Shown here: positions 37,401 to 52,400 of the stretch, one piece after another
Position numbering within the stretch: position 1 is the first letter of the stretch
Layout of the letters: each line of letters starts with the position of its first letter
Origin: Owenia fusiformis
Lineage: Eukaryota
Length of the DNA stretch: 64,000 bases
Reading direction: 5' to 3'
NCBI GenBank assembly: GCA_903813345.2
Contig: CAIIXF020000001.1
Location: 27,280,001-27,344,000 of the forward strand
Notes under the pieces: generated by a model
Databases searched by the model: none
What the model was told of the DNA's origin: nothing
The model's input: only the letters and a program-made list of their open reading frames with translations
Made by a program: the position numbers and the translations under genes

Positions 37401-40400
37401 ATACTTTGACAGCGAGTATAAAGATTGCACCTTAGGGATAACTGATGATGAAACACTTTAAAGCTAATCAAAAACCAGTGCTGCGAAACATTTTACTGAA
37501 TTTTCAAAATATGTCGGTTCATTGGTAATTTTGGCATGTTCATTATCTCTCAAGATTAATGCTATCCAGGCGGTTCCTAGCTGCGCCTCACTGCGATAGA
37601 ACTCAAGCATGTGTTGAAAATATAAAGACCTCCATAGTATATATTTATAGCAAACCCTGATGGAATACATAAATTGTTGATTGACAGCATTCCTTAATAG
37701 CCTTGGGCCCAAGTGTGCCAAAAGTGAGTCTCATGCCCTCATGGCTGACAGTATATTCAGAAATCGTAAAAGGTTTTTGATATGTTAAATCAGTTATAGT
37801 CTTTCAAATTCCTTATTGTAAAATTGAAGATGACTTTGATGGTCGATCTATATTTTTTTATCATTAGATTATACTTCGGAGAACTTTGCATGTACATGTA
37901 TCAAATTTCAGGGAGGGGGTCGAATAATATATAATAGGCAAACATTTGTTTTTAATTTCGACAATTATCAGATGATTTGATCTCTGCCCTAGGATGATTT
38001 TTCAAGAATGATTTTTCAAGAAACCTAACCAAAGCCCTAAGATACATCTATCTAAGTGAGGAATGAGGTATATGCATGGTAAAAAGGCAGATTGATATTA
38101 TTGTGAAACCCAAGTACAAGTGCTATTACCCACCAATAGAGATAAAGTTCAAACGTGTGAAAAACCCAATTGCACAATTTTAGAAAAGAAGAACTACTAA
38201 GGTTATCTTATGAGATTACTTAAACAGTAATTCCCAGAACTGCAAAGGTGGAAGAGATAGCCAGTACTGATATTCATGGAGATGCTATATGTTTTGAAAG
38301 CTAAGTAGACCTAGTATTGGCTGTGTAAAAGATAAAAACCTGAGAGGTGCTGAAAATATAAATTTAAGAATCACACTTGCTTGAAGTTAGGCTTCTAGTA
38401 TAAAGGTGAATTACTGGAGCTGATCGTTTCAAAGTCTCAACAATTTAGGATTGGAGAAGTAATGTCTGAACAAGAGGTGCTTATATCAATAGTTGACTTT
38501 TATGGGGTACTGTATTACCTGGCAAATGGCATAGATGCAATTAGGAACCAGTAATATCATACCTGAGTGTGTAGGTTGATGTGCTCTTTGATGGTTGTTT
38601 GACAGCTGCTGCTGCAACTAGAAGAAACTCCAAGCCACGTCATAACTGAGCATCTATCAAGTCATTAAAAACTTCAAGATATGAACAAACTTGAGCACTC
38701 TGAAGATCATATCTGACAGGGCAATACGCTTGAGAATTGTGCTCCTGGATCTTCACATCCATATAAATAACTGCACCATCGAGATGGGTCGTTAGACATC
38801 ACAAAGGCAGCAAGACAATCAACATGTTCTAACTTGAATTAGATGTTATAGAACTTACAATCAATGATTAAAGGACACTAGCCTGGACAAACTGAATTAG
38901 GCAAGAGCTCATTGAATTGATTGACAAATTAAATCAGCCGCTGTAGTTAGCCATAAGGGAACTTGAACAGAGTCTGTGTATATGAATAGACAATAGAACA
39001 GGAAATCCAACAAAGGGAAAACAGAATTTAGACAATATACATAGTTAAAAGAATAACTTAGAAAATGTCTGCATGCAGTATGGAAGCCTTCAACAATAAC
39101 TCATCATTTTATTTAAACTTTGAGAGTTCTGATAAAATGAACGGTAGTGATAAGTTATCTTCCAGTGGAATTCCAGATGCAATTGCCACTGCATTATTCA
39201 GTAAGTAATTGATTACCCTACTTAAACATATCTTTTTTTAATTGAAATGTGTAATTTATTTAGTATATTGCTATTAAATTGCAATAATTACAAACCAGTT
39301 GTGTCATTGTGTCAAGTGAACTATAGAAATGGAGAATTCATTTTGATTAATGCAAAACAATTATTCGATAAATAAATCATTGCTCGTATTGATAATGTTA
39401 GATTTATATTGCGATTCAACATATAAATAAATTCTGTGTTGGCATCAGAAAAATTTGGCGTGAGAAAGTTGTTTTAAGGGATGTAGAAGAATGTGAATTA
39501 GAGACTGACAAGACTAAGGTGTAAGAATATATGAAGCAATTAGAGGAGTCTATACTGACAAGTTGGGAGTAACTACAACCTTACCACACACAACTTTTAA
39601 CTTAAAAATAGATGAAAAATAGCCTGAAATGCAACTGTTAAAATGATACATTATATGGTAACTACGGCAGCTTAAAGGTGTGATTCAATAGAGTGAGGAT
39701 ATTTCTGTGTAAAACTAAAGGCAACATCTGAAAGATCAAAATTTACTTAAAAGTAGTCAACCATATCAAACAATGAAACCAATAATTAAAATCAGAGATA
39801 ACGTACATCGTTCAAAATTGGTATCCATTGGTCTTCATAAAAATATGTCTATATTCTATAAACAGTTCTCTTTTAATTAACTTTCAGGAATAGTATGTTA
39901 AAGATTTTACCATTATATAATTGAACATTGAAGTACAGTTAGTGGTTAACGATGATGTAATTATCATGGAAATATAAATTATTTTGTAATAGTCCATCTG
40001 GTAAACATGATGTACCAATTTTCTGATTGCTCTTAGAATTTATTTTCTTGAATTGCTTCGGCGCAATAATGTTTTTAGGGTCTCTTATTTTATAGAAATT
40101 AGACCCAAGGGGGTAACTTGGCTACTAAGGGTGATCAGAGAATCAAACCCTTTCAGAATTGTTCTTATATTACAATGCTTAATTGAAAAGGTACTGTTTT
40201 ATTTCTGCAGTTGATTTCTTGCTATCTTTGTGATGTTATCTTGACAATTCAAATATGTTGCATATTGTGTTGTTTTTCCACAAATGGTTTTAATCAATAT
40301 GATTTTCTACCAGGGGATCTCTCAGAACTAAATACCAATGTTTCCCTTGAGGCTTCTAAAACAACCACATTTGCTTTGATAGTTTTGGTCTTACCCTTGA

Positions 40401-43400
40401 TAATAAAAGCTATTCATTTATGATGCCTGGACTATGAAAAACATATGAATATAGAAAAAAATCAAACTTTAATTTCTCTATAAGATCTCGCTTCTGTTTT
40501 GTACTTTGAAATATTTGAAAGACAATTTGACGGTAAAATCTTTATGAAGCAACAGAGGTTTTCTGTATATTCATCCTTAGTCCAAATGTATTTCATTCCT
40601 TTCCATAGCTTCATAGCAATGAAGCCCGATCTATTCATAGTTCATACAATGCAATTTATACTTCACTTTGAGAGAAACGTTGCTGAAGATTTAGCACTTT
40701 TGAATTGACTGAAACATTGTCATTTTATATCAGCGTCTTAAGGGATGTCAAATTAGTTGGGATGGTACTTTCAGAAACAATCATTTGACAAATTGGCCAC
40801 TTTATGTTATAGGCCTTCTGCGCCCCATTGCACAATTATAGAGAGATCAATATGATACTTATGTCTGCTACAATGTGCCTATAATTGAACAGTCATGTGA
40901 AGTCTGATCAGACCAATTTACTCCATAAAATATTCCTGAAACTGTCAGGATTGTTTTATATCTACAACTCATGGTATTATGCAAAGTGCGTATCATTCAT
41001 CGGTTTATAGTGAAATGGCGCCCACTTGTTTATTAAGGTTACATTAGTACTATACTTCTATAAAGTAGCTTGTAGCATTATCACGCAATCTAAAGGAATC
41101 ACCAATAAAATATATGTAATTCAATTAACTTGTCATCTAAGATTTCTAGTTTTTTTTAACTGCCATATAGGCTTGCTTAACTTTTCTGTTTATGGTATCA
41201 GATATGTGTCTCATGAGATGGGAAAACCTTAAGGCAATCACAATAATGTGTCAAATTGGCAAATTGGACTTATTGTTAACTATAGGGTGGCTATTATCTC
41301 TGGCATTATGTTCCATTGTTATTTGCTTGATCTTTTAAATGTTCAGATCATCTTATAGAAGGAAACTGAATAGATGTTTTGGGTGCGTAATGTCGATGAT
41401 AGATTCCGTCAAAATGAGATAATTCGTCCTATGGTTGCTCTTACTTTTCATGTTTTAAGAGTGAAAATAGCGCATGTTTGCTTTGGGTGGCTGATATTTT
41501 CCAGAGACATAAACCTCGTACCATTCACTTTTCTAATCAAATATTCCCAAATTTATAGATTTCTGATATTAAAAATTTAGCAAAGAGGCTTTAGTAAATT
41601 GCCCCTAATTTGATTAGTAAGACAGGGGCGATAAGGCGGGTAACGCAGTCAAGTGAGAACAGATAATACACATTAATGTGGAAACACAGGCAAGTTAGGA
41701 GAGATAAAAGCCGCCAAATGAACCATGTGTAATTCTTCAAAAATATTATCTCAGAAGACATTTTGAGAATTGGTTTTATTTAATCAGTAATGCAGAGATT
41801 GGTTTGATACAGTAGCTATTTGAAATGCTAGATTGGGCATTAAATATATGCATTTTACAAAATGACAAAAATTGCTTGTAATTCGCCAATATTGATATAT
41901 AATTGAGAACAATTAGATGACAGTCTTCAATAACCTATTACAAACTTCAATTTTCCCTCATCAAAATATTGCTTTTCGTTTTACATCATTTGATCAGGGA
42001 GTTATAAGCTTGTCAAAACTCTTATCTTAATCACAATGTAATAAAAAATTGAAGTCCCAAATGGGATTTGTACGAAATTAGTTTTCTATGTAGCATAATT
42101 TATATTTTACAGTAACTTTTTATTTTGGCCTCAAGTGACTTGTCTTTCTATAAACTTCAGTTTTATGTTCAAAATGAGCAATTTGAGTTGATTTCATTAA
42201 GCTTTAGGACGCAATTTATGACATGCAAGAGGTCTGTGCCATTCCCTCTACTACAGAGTTTATCAGCCGATTATATTGGCTTCGTATCACATCTTATAAG
42301 TTTTGAATTTGGTAAAATATCAGCAATTTATTTTTTTAATAAGGTTAACCTTTTATTAGATACCTTGAAACTAGTTTTGTTCTATATATTGTAGTTCCAT
42401 TTTTAGTATTCTCACCAAGAAGTGGTGACATATTGTTATGGTCTCTGTTTTTTTTGTGGCAGCGGTTGGTGGTTGGCGATCGGCGGGTGGCTGATGGCGG
42501 TTGGCATCTGTAACAAATTCTTACAACTTTTTCTAAATCATTTACAAGTTTTCAGAAGTTCAAATCTGACTTGACATTTAAGATTTGACCTTTAATGACC
42601 TTTTCAAGGTCAAAAAAGGTTAAGAAAGGTCAAAAAGTTATTTTTTCAACTTGCTTCAAATTGACCAATTTTTTCAAAATCATCTACAAGTTATCAGTAG
42701 TTCAAATCTGACTTTAGATTTAAGATTTGACCTTCAGTGACCTTCTCAAGGTCAAAGAAGGTCTTTTTTCAACTTGCTTTAAATTGACCATTTTTTCAAA
42801 ATCATCTATGAGTTTTCAGAAATTCAAATCAAATATTGTGAGCAACTAGGTGGTGACATTTTGTCATGTTAATGCCTTGTTTTATTTAGGTAAAGATGAA
42901 ATATTGAAAGTAGATGTAAATGTTCCATTTGATTTTTGTTATCTCCTCAGGACCTGTCAATCATTTTGATTTTATGTTCTCTCTTAGATATAATAGTCTT
43001 TATGTTGATGTTTATGGTAGTTTGACAAATTATTTTTAAACTATATTTAATAAAGGCTTGACCTGGGGTGTATAAGCTATGACAAACTATGACATGGCCT
43101 ATCAATCATTTGACACATCTAAATAACATAATCTTCATGTAGCCAGTGGTACACATATACAGGGTGGTCCAAAAAAAGTGAACCCTTGCAACAGGCTACA
43201 TTTTTCTTAATACATGCATGAATTGGCTCATATTATCACATGTTGTAGAGAAAGGTCTAAAATTTTGGTTGATGCCATAATTTATTCTCAGTTTTAAATT
43301 TTGAGGAAATTACAAGCGTTTAACAAACATGCCTGGAAATGAGCTATTGTACAAAATTTTACAAATGTGATTCACGGAAATTGTTGAAACACATTGGATG

Positions 43401-46400
43401 ATGTTAAACAGCTTTCAGTTAGAGATACAAGTTTAAAACCCTACCATATGGCAAAAGGGACACTATTCAAGCAGAAAACACATTTCAAACTTTCATTGAT
43501 CATTTTGAAGCATTTTTAACTGTTCAACAGTTCAGGGGTATGTTACCTACACCAACAGTTAGAGGGGGGCCTCTTATGGAAGGAAGTTGCCCCCTGTGAC
43601 CAGGAATCTGATAACCCCTTCATCAAATATCTTTAAAAAATCAAAAGAAAATCCAATATTCAATGTTTTGAACCATATATCATTAGAATTGGTCCATGAT
43701 TTATGAAGATATTGAGATTTCAAGATTATATAGGGGTATGTTCATGATTTCACTGGAAAATGTTTTCGTCTGTGGAAGCTTAGCACATCTCTTTGGATCA
43801 CAATAACTTTGCAACTAACAAATGTAGAATGTTAGTTTTAAGCCATAATGTGTAAGATTTAAAATCGAACAAAGTCAGAAAAAATTAAAAAATTCTCAGG
43901 GGAAAGGTGTTAAAAGGTTGAAGAATCGCGGATATTGAAAATCACAATTTGTCCATTTTCAGTAATGTTTGGTTAGGGCTTATAATTTCTGCAAATTTCA
44001 AGACTAAGAAAAATGTATGGTACCAACATAAATTTTAGAACTTCCTCTACAACATGTGAAAATAAAAAAGAATTCCTGCAAGTAATAAGGGAAATATGGC
44101 CAGTTGCAGGGGTTCACTTTTTTTTGGACCACCCTGTATATCTTTGGTCCAAGGGTATTTCAATTCTTCCCATGAGCTGCGTCAGCGATGCCTGATCTTG
44201 AAGGGTGGTACACATAAAACAAATGGTTGGAATTAATGATCGCATTGTTTTGCCATATAAATCTTAAATGTTACTATATATATTTATGTACATCTGATTT
44301 TCATATTTTTGATAATACTGTCCCTTGTGCCTTGTCCTTTGTGCTTAACCATATCAAAATGACTATTGGCCGATTTTGTCATCTCTTTCACATGAAATAA
44401 ATGATATATCACAAATTGATGAATCTTTTCATATTTTTTCTATATCTTTTCATACTTTTCTATATCCTTTGGGGTTATTTTTAAAAGAGGGTCTCATTTT
44501 AAAGAACTTTCTTTATTACAAATATTTTCTTCTTTTGCACGTTTTCAAAATACATTACATTTCCCTACCACCCATACTCAATTTCCAAGTCCAACCCTGC
44601 TATCTCACAAATTGAAGGTACTATAAAACACATTCGAAACTCAATACAAAGATGTCAGCTTTAATATGTGCTATGTACAGTATAAGATAGTTAGACTCTT
44701 GATATACAATAATATCTTCATAAAGGAACATTTACCAGATGAGCAGCTAGAGATAATTACACGTAATTTAGAAGATGCGTTGTCTATCTCTTAAGATTTA
44801 TAATGGGAGTTGTATTCAATTGATCATGTGAAAGGAGGCGGGGTGTTAATTCAACTAAAATATTATACAAACAAGATCATGGCCAGACATGCTGTTCGAA
44901 GGGAACATATCCGCTGCAATTAAAGCATTTGGTATATTATAGTTAAAAGCTGTTGGTATTTTATCAGGTCAGATCTCTACCCTTTTTATTGCTAAAATGA
45001 AAACATGATGTGCCATCCAAGGCAAGGCAAGAGATAAATACATTGGGAGATATTTGGTAAAACACTTTTCTGATCTGCATACTGCTTTGATGTTAGACTT
45101 TTATTTTTGTATCAACATAATATGTGTTTAGAAAGAGGCGGGTAATAACCAGATTCATTTGATATATGAAATCGGTTGGGTATTCTGAGATGAAAGGCCA
45201 TTGCCCTGTGTATAATTCTAGCTCAGCATTTCTTGGATGTCTAAACATTATATCAGTATGTTTCTCTGCTGAGTTGATTCAAATACAGAGATCTTGGAAT
45301 ATCATTGAGTTCAATTAAACAAGTGTTGAGAAATATTTCCTCATGGTAAGATCATTTTCCAGTTCATCTTCAGAGACTATTTCTGCAGCATCCATATACC
45401 CTGGGTCATCATTGGCTAATCTCACTACTCTGACTCTGTCGGATCAGTTTTTTTACCATTTTATATCACCATTAGAAGTGGTAACATACATATTGTTATG
45501 GTCTCCAAATTTTTGTGAATTGTGTTTAGCAGTTGGTGTTCGGTGGTTGGTTTTTGTAACAAATGAAAAGTTGTAACATTTTGCATGTACATGCCATGTT
45601 GATATTGATGCCATCTTACTGACCTCAAATGGAGCTTGCATGTGGCTTTTTGATAATACCATATAGTCTGATTGGTTTTAGGTTAGCTGAGAGATTTTCT
45701 CTAATTTTGATGAAGTGAAGATCTTTTGAAGGGCATCTTCCTTGTGATCTCAAGGTGATATTAATGAAAAAACATGAAGGGCGACATATGGTGAGGAAAT
45801 AGAAAAGCAGAGATTTCAAAACAACCCATACAAATTTCACCAATAGAGAGAATAGAATCTTTTTGCTATTGAATTAACAAGCTGAAACCAAGAGAAAATA
45901 TCTATCATTCAACTCAGACAGTAAAAATAAATTTGTTTCATTGCAACAAGGGGTGGGAAGGGTTGAAAAAATTTGATTTGGTTTGAGTGTCAGTAAAATT
46001 ATGATTCTGGTTACAACTCTGATTGGAGTTGCATGGTGTACCTATTTCTTTGATATTATTATGAAATAGATATAACATAAACTTCAAAAAAGTGATTGGT
46101 GAAATTTTCAACTTGTCTATTGTATAAAAGGGATATCGGGATCTATTTTCAAATCAATGAATTTGTAAATTAATGATACTTCACTAAAACAATTAACAAT
46201 ATATATAAAATAGATAGTTTGGATAACAATACTTTTGATTGTTAAAATATTTCATGCACAATGACAACATTGTCTGAAATAAAGTTTAATTCGATTTTAA
46301 TATATTATACAGGGTGGCCTAAAAGTAAGATTACAGATATTCAACAATCTGTTTATAAATTGAAATCTGTAGTAGAATTATCATATCATCAATCTTTATG

Positions 46401-49400
46401 TACTTTTTACTCAAATTGAAAGAGATTCAGTTAATTATCTTAGATCAGCTTTCGGAAATCATTGCGTTGTTATCTCATCCTTAATATCAGTTATACAAAT
46501 CACTTTGTTAACATTCAGATGTTTGGTTCTATATATAAATTCGTTTAACTAATTGTATAAAGGTTTTACAGGTTATTCAGTTATCATGAAAAATATCAAT
46601 ATCAGACAGAACCTAATCATTCCCACACCAGACTCCAGATTCAAATTAAAAACATGATCTGATGTTCTTCACACCAACTTTAACCTATATGCTTGGAGTA
46701 TGAGGTTCGAAGTGCTACTGTTACCAGTTTTGTGTTAATAGAGGTTACATACCATAAATAATGAACAGATAACACAGAAAATATGTGAATTTCATCTCCT
46801 CAACCTGGATGTAAGATTATCAGATGAACTCACTTAATCAACTATAGGCTCAGGTGCATTTACAGGTGTATATTTCTAATTGGAAAAATATGTGGATGTT
46901 GCTACTAATCCTGAAGCTCTTAATTATTCTTGTTAAAATGTTTGCTATTTTGAGTTGTCATCTTTGCAATCCTCGACTGTACAGGCCAAGAAATTAAAAC
47001 CCAACTCGAGAGTTCTATTTTTTGCAGTCTTTGAGTTAACTTGCATCGACTAGCCACCTTGATGCAGAAATATGTGGGGTGTTTAAGAGTCGATGTGCTA
47101 GTTGGTGAGTAATTATCCCACTACTATAAGAAACCAGTATATATATTATATTGAAAATTAGGATAAAAAGCCATCATTCACATTAGAAACTTCTTCAAAT
47201 AAACAGGCTTAACTTGTGAGAATAATATTGTCCAGAGAAAGATTATTTTATGCTTGAGATGTAGGTCTTTGAAAAATTAGCCGGATACTTTAGGTACTTA
47301 AACTTTGCTAAGTAGTTAGAGATACGACTACACAAGTACATGAGAAAAGATATATCTTCCTAGAAATGTTCTTAAAAACAGAAAATCGTGAAGATCAGTT
47401 TAGTGGAGACATGTCAGCATTTCAATTTTGCTCTTAAAACGTAATTAAGAGCATAATTAATTCTATTTTAGATTGACCCTTTGCTCTTAAGGTCTTTCCA
47501 AAAATATATGTATCAGAATATTTAGAAATCTGTCCCCTTTCTGCAAACTTCAGACTTTCTCAATCGTTTTTTGGGCCCATCAAAGGTCCTTAGCCCCCCG
47601 GCCCCCCTCCCCCATATCCGCCACTGGACTAACATCAATATAATGACATTGACATTGTCCTTACTTTGCTTTGTTCTTGATTTGACATGAAAGTTCATTT
47701 ACACAAATTAACCCAGAATTGTCAGCACAATATGATACCTAACTGTAGTGTATTGTCCCTTTATTGATTATGGGATATCTGATTATTGCCCAATTCTGCG
47801 TTATCTCATGCATTATAACCAATTTTCACTAATATAAGGAAGGTAAAATTTTTCCAATCTTTCAATCAGAGCACTCAGAATTACAAATATTTTCAAAATT
47901 GATTTTTTGTTTCATATATCGAATGCAACATTTTGTATATGTTTATGAAATTGGAAATATTAAATAAAAGTAATATGAAATAATTTATTTAATGTCTGCA
48001 ATCAAATTACATCACAAAAACACATAAAATATTGGCAAATTCAGATAAGTTACAGAGAAACCCTTTAGCTTGAGACCAACAATTATCGGGCCTAGATATG
48101 CTGACAACCCTTGGTTCAATAATGTATTGATCCGCGAACAGGCAATGGTTCTTGGTACAGTGGTGTCACATACACATGTCTCGTTAGTTAATTCAATTTA
48201 CGAAATTCAGTTTCAGTAATTTTCTACATGACTGTTCCTAAATTATATTCTCTGAAGATTATTTATTGGATTAAATGGGAATATAAGGTAAGATTTACAG
48301 GAAAGTTAAGATTGACAGGAAAGTTAAGATTTATAGAAAAGTTAAGATTTACAGGAAAGTTAAGATTAACAGGAAAGTTAAGATTAACAGGAAAGTTAAG
48401 ATTTATAGAAAAGTTAAGATTTACAGGAAATTTAAGATTAACAGGAAAGTTAAGATTTACAGGAAAGTTAAGATTTACAGGAAAGTTAAGATTTACAGGA
48501 AAGTTAAGATTAACAGGAAATTTAAGATTAACAGGAAAGTTAAGATTTACAGAAAAGTTAAGATTTACAGGAAAGTTAAGATTTACAGAAAAGTTAAGAT
48601 TTACAGGAAAGTTAAGATTTACAGGAAAGTTAAGATTGACAGGACATTTAAGATTAACAGGAAAGTTAAGATTTACAGGAAATTTAAGATTGACAGGAAA
48701 TTTAAGATTAACAGGAAAGTTAAGATTTACAGAAAAGTTAAGATTTACAGGAAAGTTAAGATTTACAGAAAAGTTAAGATCTAGTTAGCTTTTGTTTCAG
48801 TACAGCATTTAATAATTGCTTCTTGCACTTTTGTTTCATAACTTGAACATTAAGTTTTATTCTATTGTATTTTGGAAGAGGTTACAAAACAAGTAGCTAT
48901 AAAGTGTATTTTATTTCCATATTGTATAAAGAACATTTGATTGCCGGAATTGTGCTTATGAAATGATATTGTTATATTGTTCATTTCTGAATTATAATTG
49001 AGCTCCTATTTTATCTTGGTATTTCCCACTTAATGAAACATTCAGACATTGCCTGCAACTATTGTAAGTGGCATTTTTTGCTTTAATAACAATATAACTG
49101 AAAAAGGTAATAGATTTATCATGTTATTTACTGGCAAATATATGAAAGTGTAACATATTATTGGATGCCACATTTTCATCACAATCATAGTCATGGTATA
49201 GTAAAGTGATCATTATTATGGCAACGTTTTTTATCATTGCTTTTCCAGGAAAACTGCCTGTCAGATTTTCTTAAAATTGATTGACTTGTTATATTAGCTT
49301 AATTATATTGTTTTCTTGTCTGTACATTTTCAGACAAACTTGTTCATGTATTTCTTCTGAGAATGTCAATATACCTGTCCATTGTTAGATGTTTCATGGG

Positions 49401-52400
49401 GTTTCTTTTATCCTGGTGATGTCATTGTCTAGTTCATCTCTAACTAATTTACAGTTTTGAGCTTATGAGCAGGTGTTATTTGTGAATGCTTGACTTTAAA
49501 ATCTATGTACATGTATTTCTAAAATTATGATTTAAGGGGGAAATTGTAGAAAATTGTAAAAATTTAATAGTAGATCTAGTTAAGTTGTCATTCCCAAAAG
49601 TTCAAAATTAGGATATTCATGTCGTCTTAACCTCATGTATTATATAATTTTTTGATATAAAAAAGTGTGGTAACCACGGGTGATTTTTCAGTAAGTGCTA
49701 ATCAATGTTATATTAGTAAGTATGTTTCTTGAAAAATATCCCTGACAGTGCAATATATTTGCAATTAGCTTGATTCATATATAACATAGCAGGGTGCTGA
49801 TAGCAGTTGCCATTTTATCATAGTGTTTTAATATTAATAACAGTTTTATGAGCACCTTATAGGCTTCTCAAGGCACATTGAGGTATGTTTATTTTAACAT
49901 CATTAGCTTCCTGTTGTGAGAGATTTATGATAGATTTAGTTTGCAGAATACATAAATGTCATGAGGTACGTATTTCTTCTAATACAGATTTACCAGTTTT
50001 CAGCTATATGTCATGGGTGAAGCTTGTGGAGAATGTGAGGCAAATTTTAATTTTTTTTTTATTAAAACTGCAAAAAATTATACCTTAGAAGTGCTTAAAT
50101 TGTGTCTTGTTTATTTAGACCTTATCTATTTAAATTACTTTTTTGGATTCTTAATGCCTCCCTGTACACGCATAATTGAGAAACATAGGATTATAATAAA
50201 AGCTATTCTTTTTGTAATTGCTTTCATGTATCTTACTATTGAACCTTATCTGTGACAGCACTACATTTGCAACTAGATCAACTTTAATGCTTCTCTTGCT
50301 GTTTTTCATGACAGCTCAGAAATACCTCGAGATCAATCAAGCGTGATCTATTGCACTCTCTTCATTTTTTCTCTGAAAGATCAGACAAGCCATAGTACTG
50401 GAATCCTACCACTAATCCAAATAGTTGAACTCTGTAGTCCATTTTCCTTTGCAGTTTACTGTCGACTTTAGCTAAAATTCAATATGTGGAATTAAGTTAT
50501 TTCACATTTCTTTGTGTCAGCTTCACTAATTTCATTTTATAATCACGTGTATTCATTGGGAATCAAGCTTGCCACTTGCGTTTTTTCATGCTTTTTTAAA
50601 GTGAACATTTTGAGATGTTTTGGTTGAGAGAGATACCATCGTGTTGTTGTACACCTACTGTGGAGATTACCTAGAGAACATGATGTTGTTTACATATGTA
50701 GTGTAAGAATTTGGTATGTCCAGGAATCTTGGAACATGCTGCAAACGTTTTCCAGACTTGTAAAAAGAAGATGAAGATGAAGGAATAGACAAGACTCACA
50801 TTGATGCTGTTTGTTATTTGTCTCAGAGAAGCATAATCTAAGGACTATTTTTTGCAAATCTAGTACATGTATATGTAGAAAATAAGGTAGTCTGTCATGC
50901 GATGAATCATAAGAGAATGTTCTGAGAAAGTACTGATTCTTATCTTAGTTTCTTATATATACATATAGTTTAGTTCAATGTTTTTTTTTATCTCCTTTGA
51001 CAATTGATAACACTGATGACAATTTCAGATATTTGAGGTGCTGTTAAATATGTTTACGTTTTTTTAAGAAAATCCAACTGGAAAGCAAATATTCTCTGCC
51101 ATTCGGATACATTTTTGCTTTATAAGAGCATAGGGATGCAACAAAATTCATTCACAAGCGATATGCATTTTAGAATCCTTCCTCAATTGTTTCTGTTCAG
51201 TATGCAGTAAAACAGGCTAACTTTTCTCCAAGGTAATATTCCTCCCTTAGAAATTACAAGGATATCTCATAAACTTGCAAAGATTCATGTAGCTTTTGCT
51301 ATGAAATTTATGATCCCATATATCATTTGTTATGTCATCACCAAAAGTGGTGACATATTGTTATGGTCTCCGTTTTTTTGCGACGGCGGTTGGCGTCTGG
51401 CGTCTGTAACAATTTCTTACAACTTCCTATAACTTAACAAATACTGTTTAGATTGACTTCAATTTTTTTCTAAATCATCTACATGTTCTCAGAAGTTCAA
51501 ATCTGACTTTAGATTTGACATTTGACCTTCAATGACCTTCTCAAGGTCAAAAAGGTCTTTTTTCAACTTGCTTCACATTGACTAATTTTTTTTTCAAAAT
51601 CATCTACATGTTCTCAGATATTCAAATCTGACTTTAGATTTGACATTTGACCTTCAAATCTGACTTTAGATTTGACATTTGACCTTCAATGACCTTCTCA
51701 AGGTCAAAAAAGGTCAAAAAGGTCTGTTTTCAACTTGCTTCAAATTGACTAATTTTTTTTTCAAAATCATCTACGTGTTCTCAGAAATTCTAATCTGACT
51801 TAAGATTTGACGTAAAATTTGACATTTGACCTTCAATGACCTTCTCAAGGTCAAAAAAGGTCAAAAATGTCTGTTTTCAACTTGCTTCAAATTGACTAAA
51901 AAAATTTTTCAAAATCATCTACGTGTTCTCAGAAATTCAAATCTGACTTTAGATTTGACTTAAGATTTGACATTTGACCTTCAATGACCTTCTCAAAGTC
52001 AAAAAAGGTCAAAAAGGTCTTTTTTCAACTTGCTTCAAATTGACTAAAAAAAATTTTCAAAATCATCTACATGTTCTCAGAAATTCAAATCTGACTTTAG
52101 ATTTGACATTTGACCTTCAATGACCTTCTCAATGTCAAAAAAGGTCAAAAAGGTATTTTTTTATTTTGCTTCAAATTGACTAAATTTGTTTTTCAAAATC
52201 ATCTACATGTTCTCTGAAATTCAAATATGACTTTAGATTTGACTTTAGATTTGACATTTGACCTTCAATGACCTTCTCAAGGTCAAAAAAGGTCAAAAAG
52301 GTCTTTTTTCAACTTGCTTCAAATTGACTAAATTTTTTTTTCAAAATCATCTACATGTTCTCAGAAATTCAAATCTGACTTTAGATTTGACATTTGACCT

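Noticed and set aside
38580..39100. Coding-like stretch ([25 protein letters not shown])
   Set aside because: Multiple stops and no identifiable family; may be a decayed element. A translated search would be needed.
46308..46345. TA|CAGGGTGGCC mariner-like left end
   Set aside because: No matching right end found, so the extent cannot be defined.
48228..48788. 186-aa (RFTGKL)n ORF
   Set aside because: An 18-bp unit lacking a stop in one frame; intronic, with no flanking gene structure.
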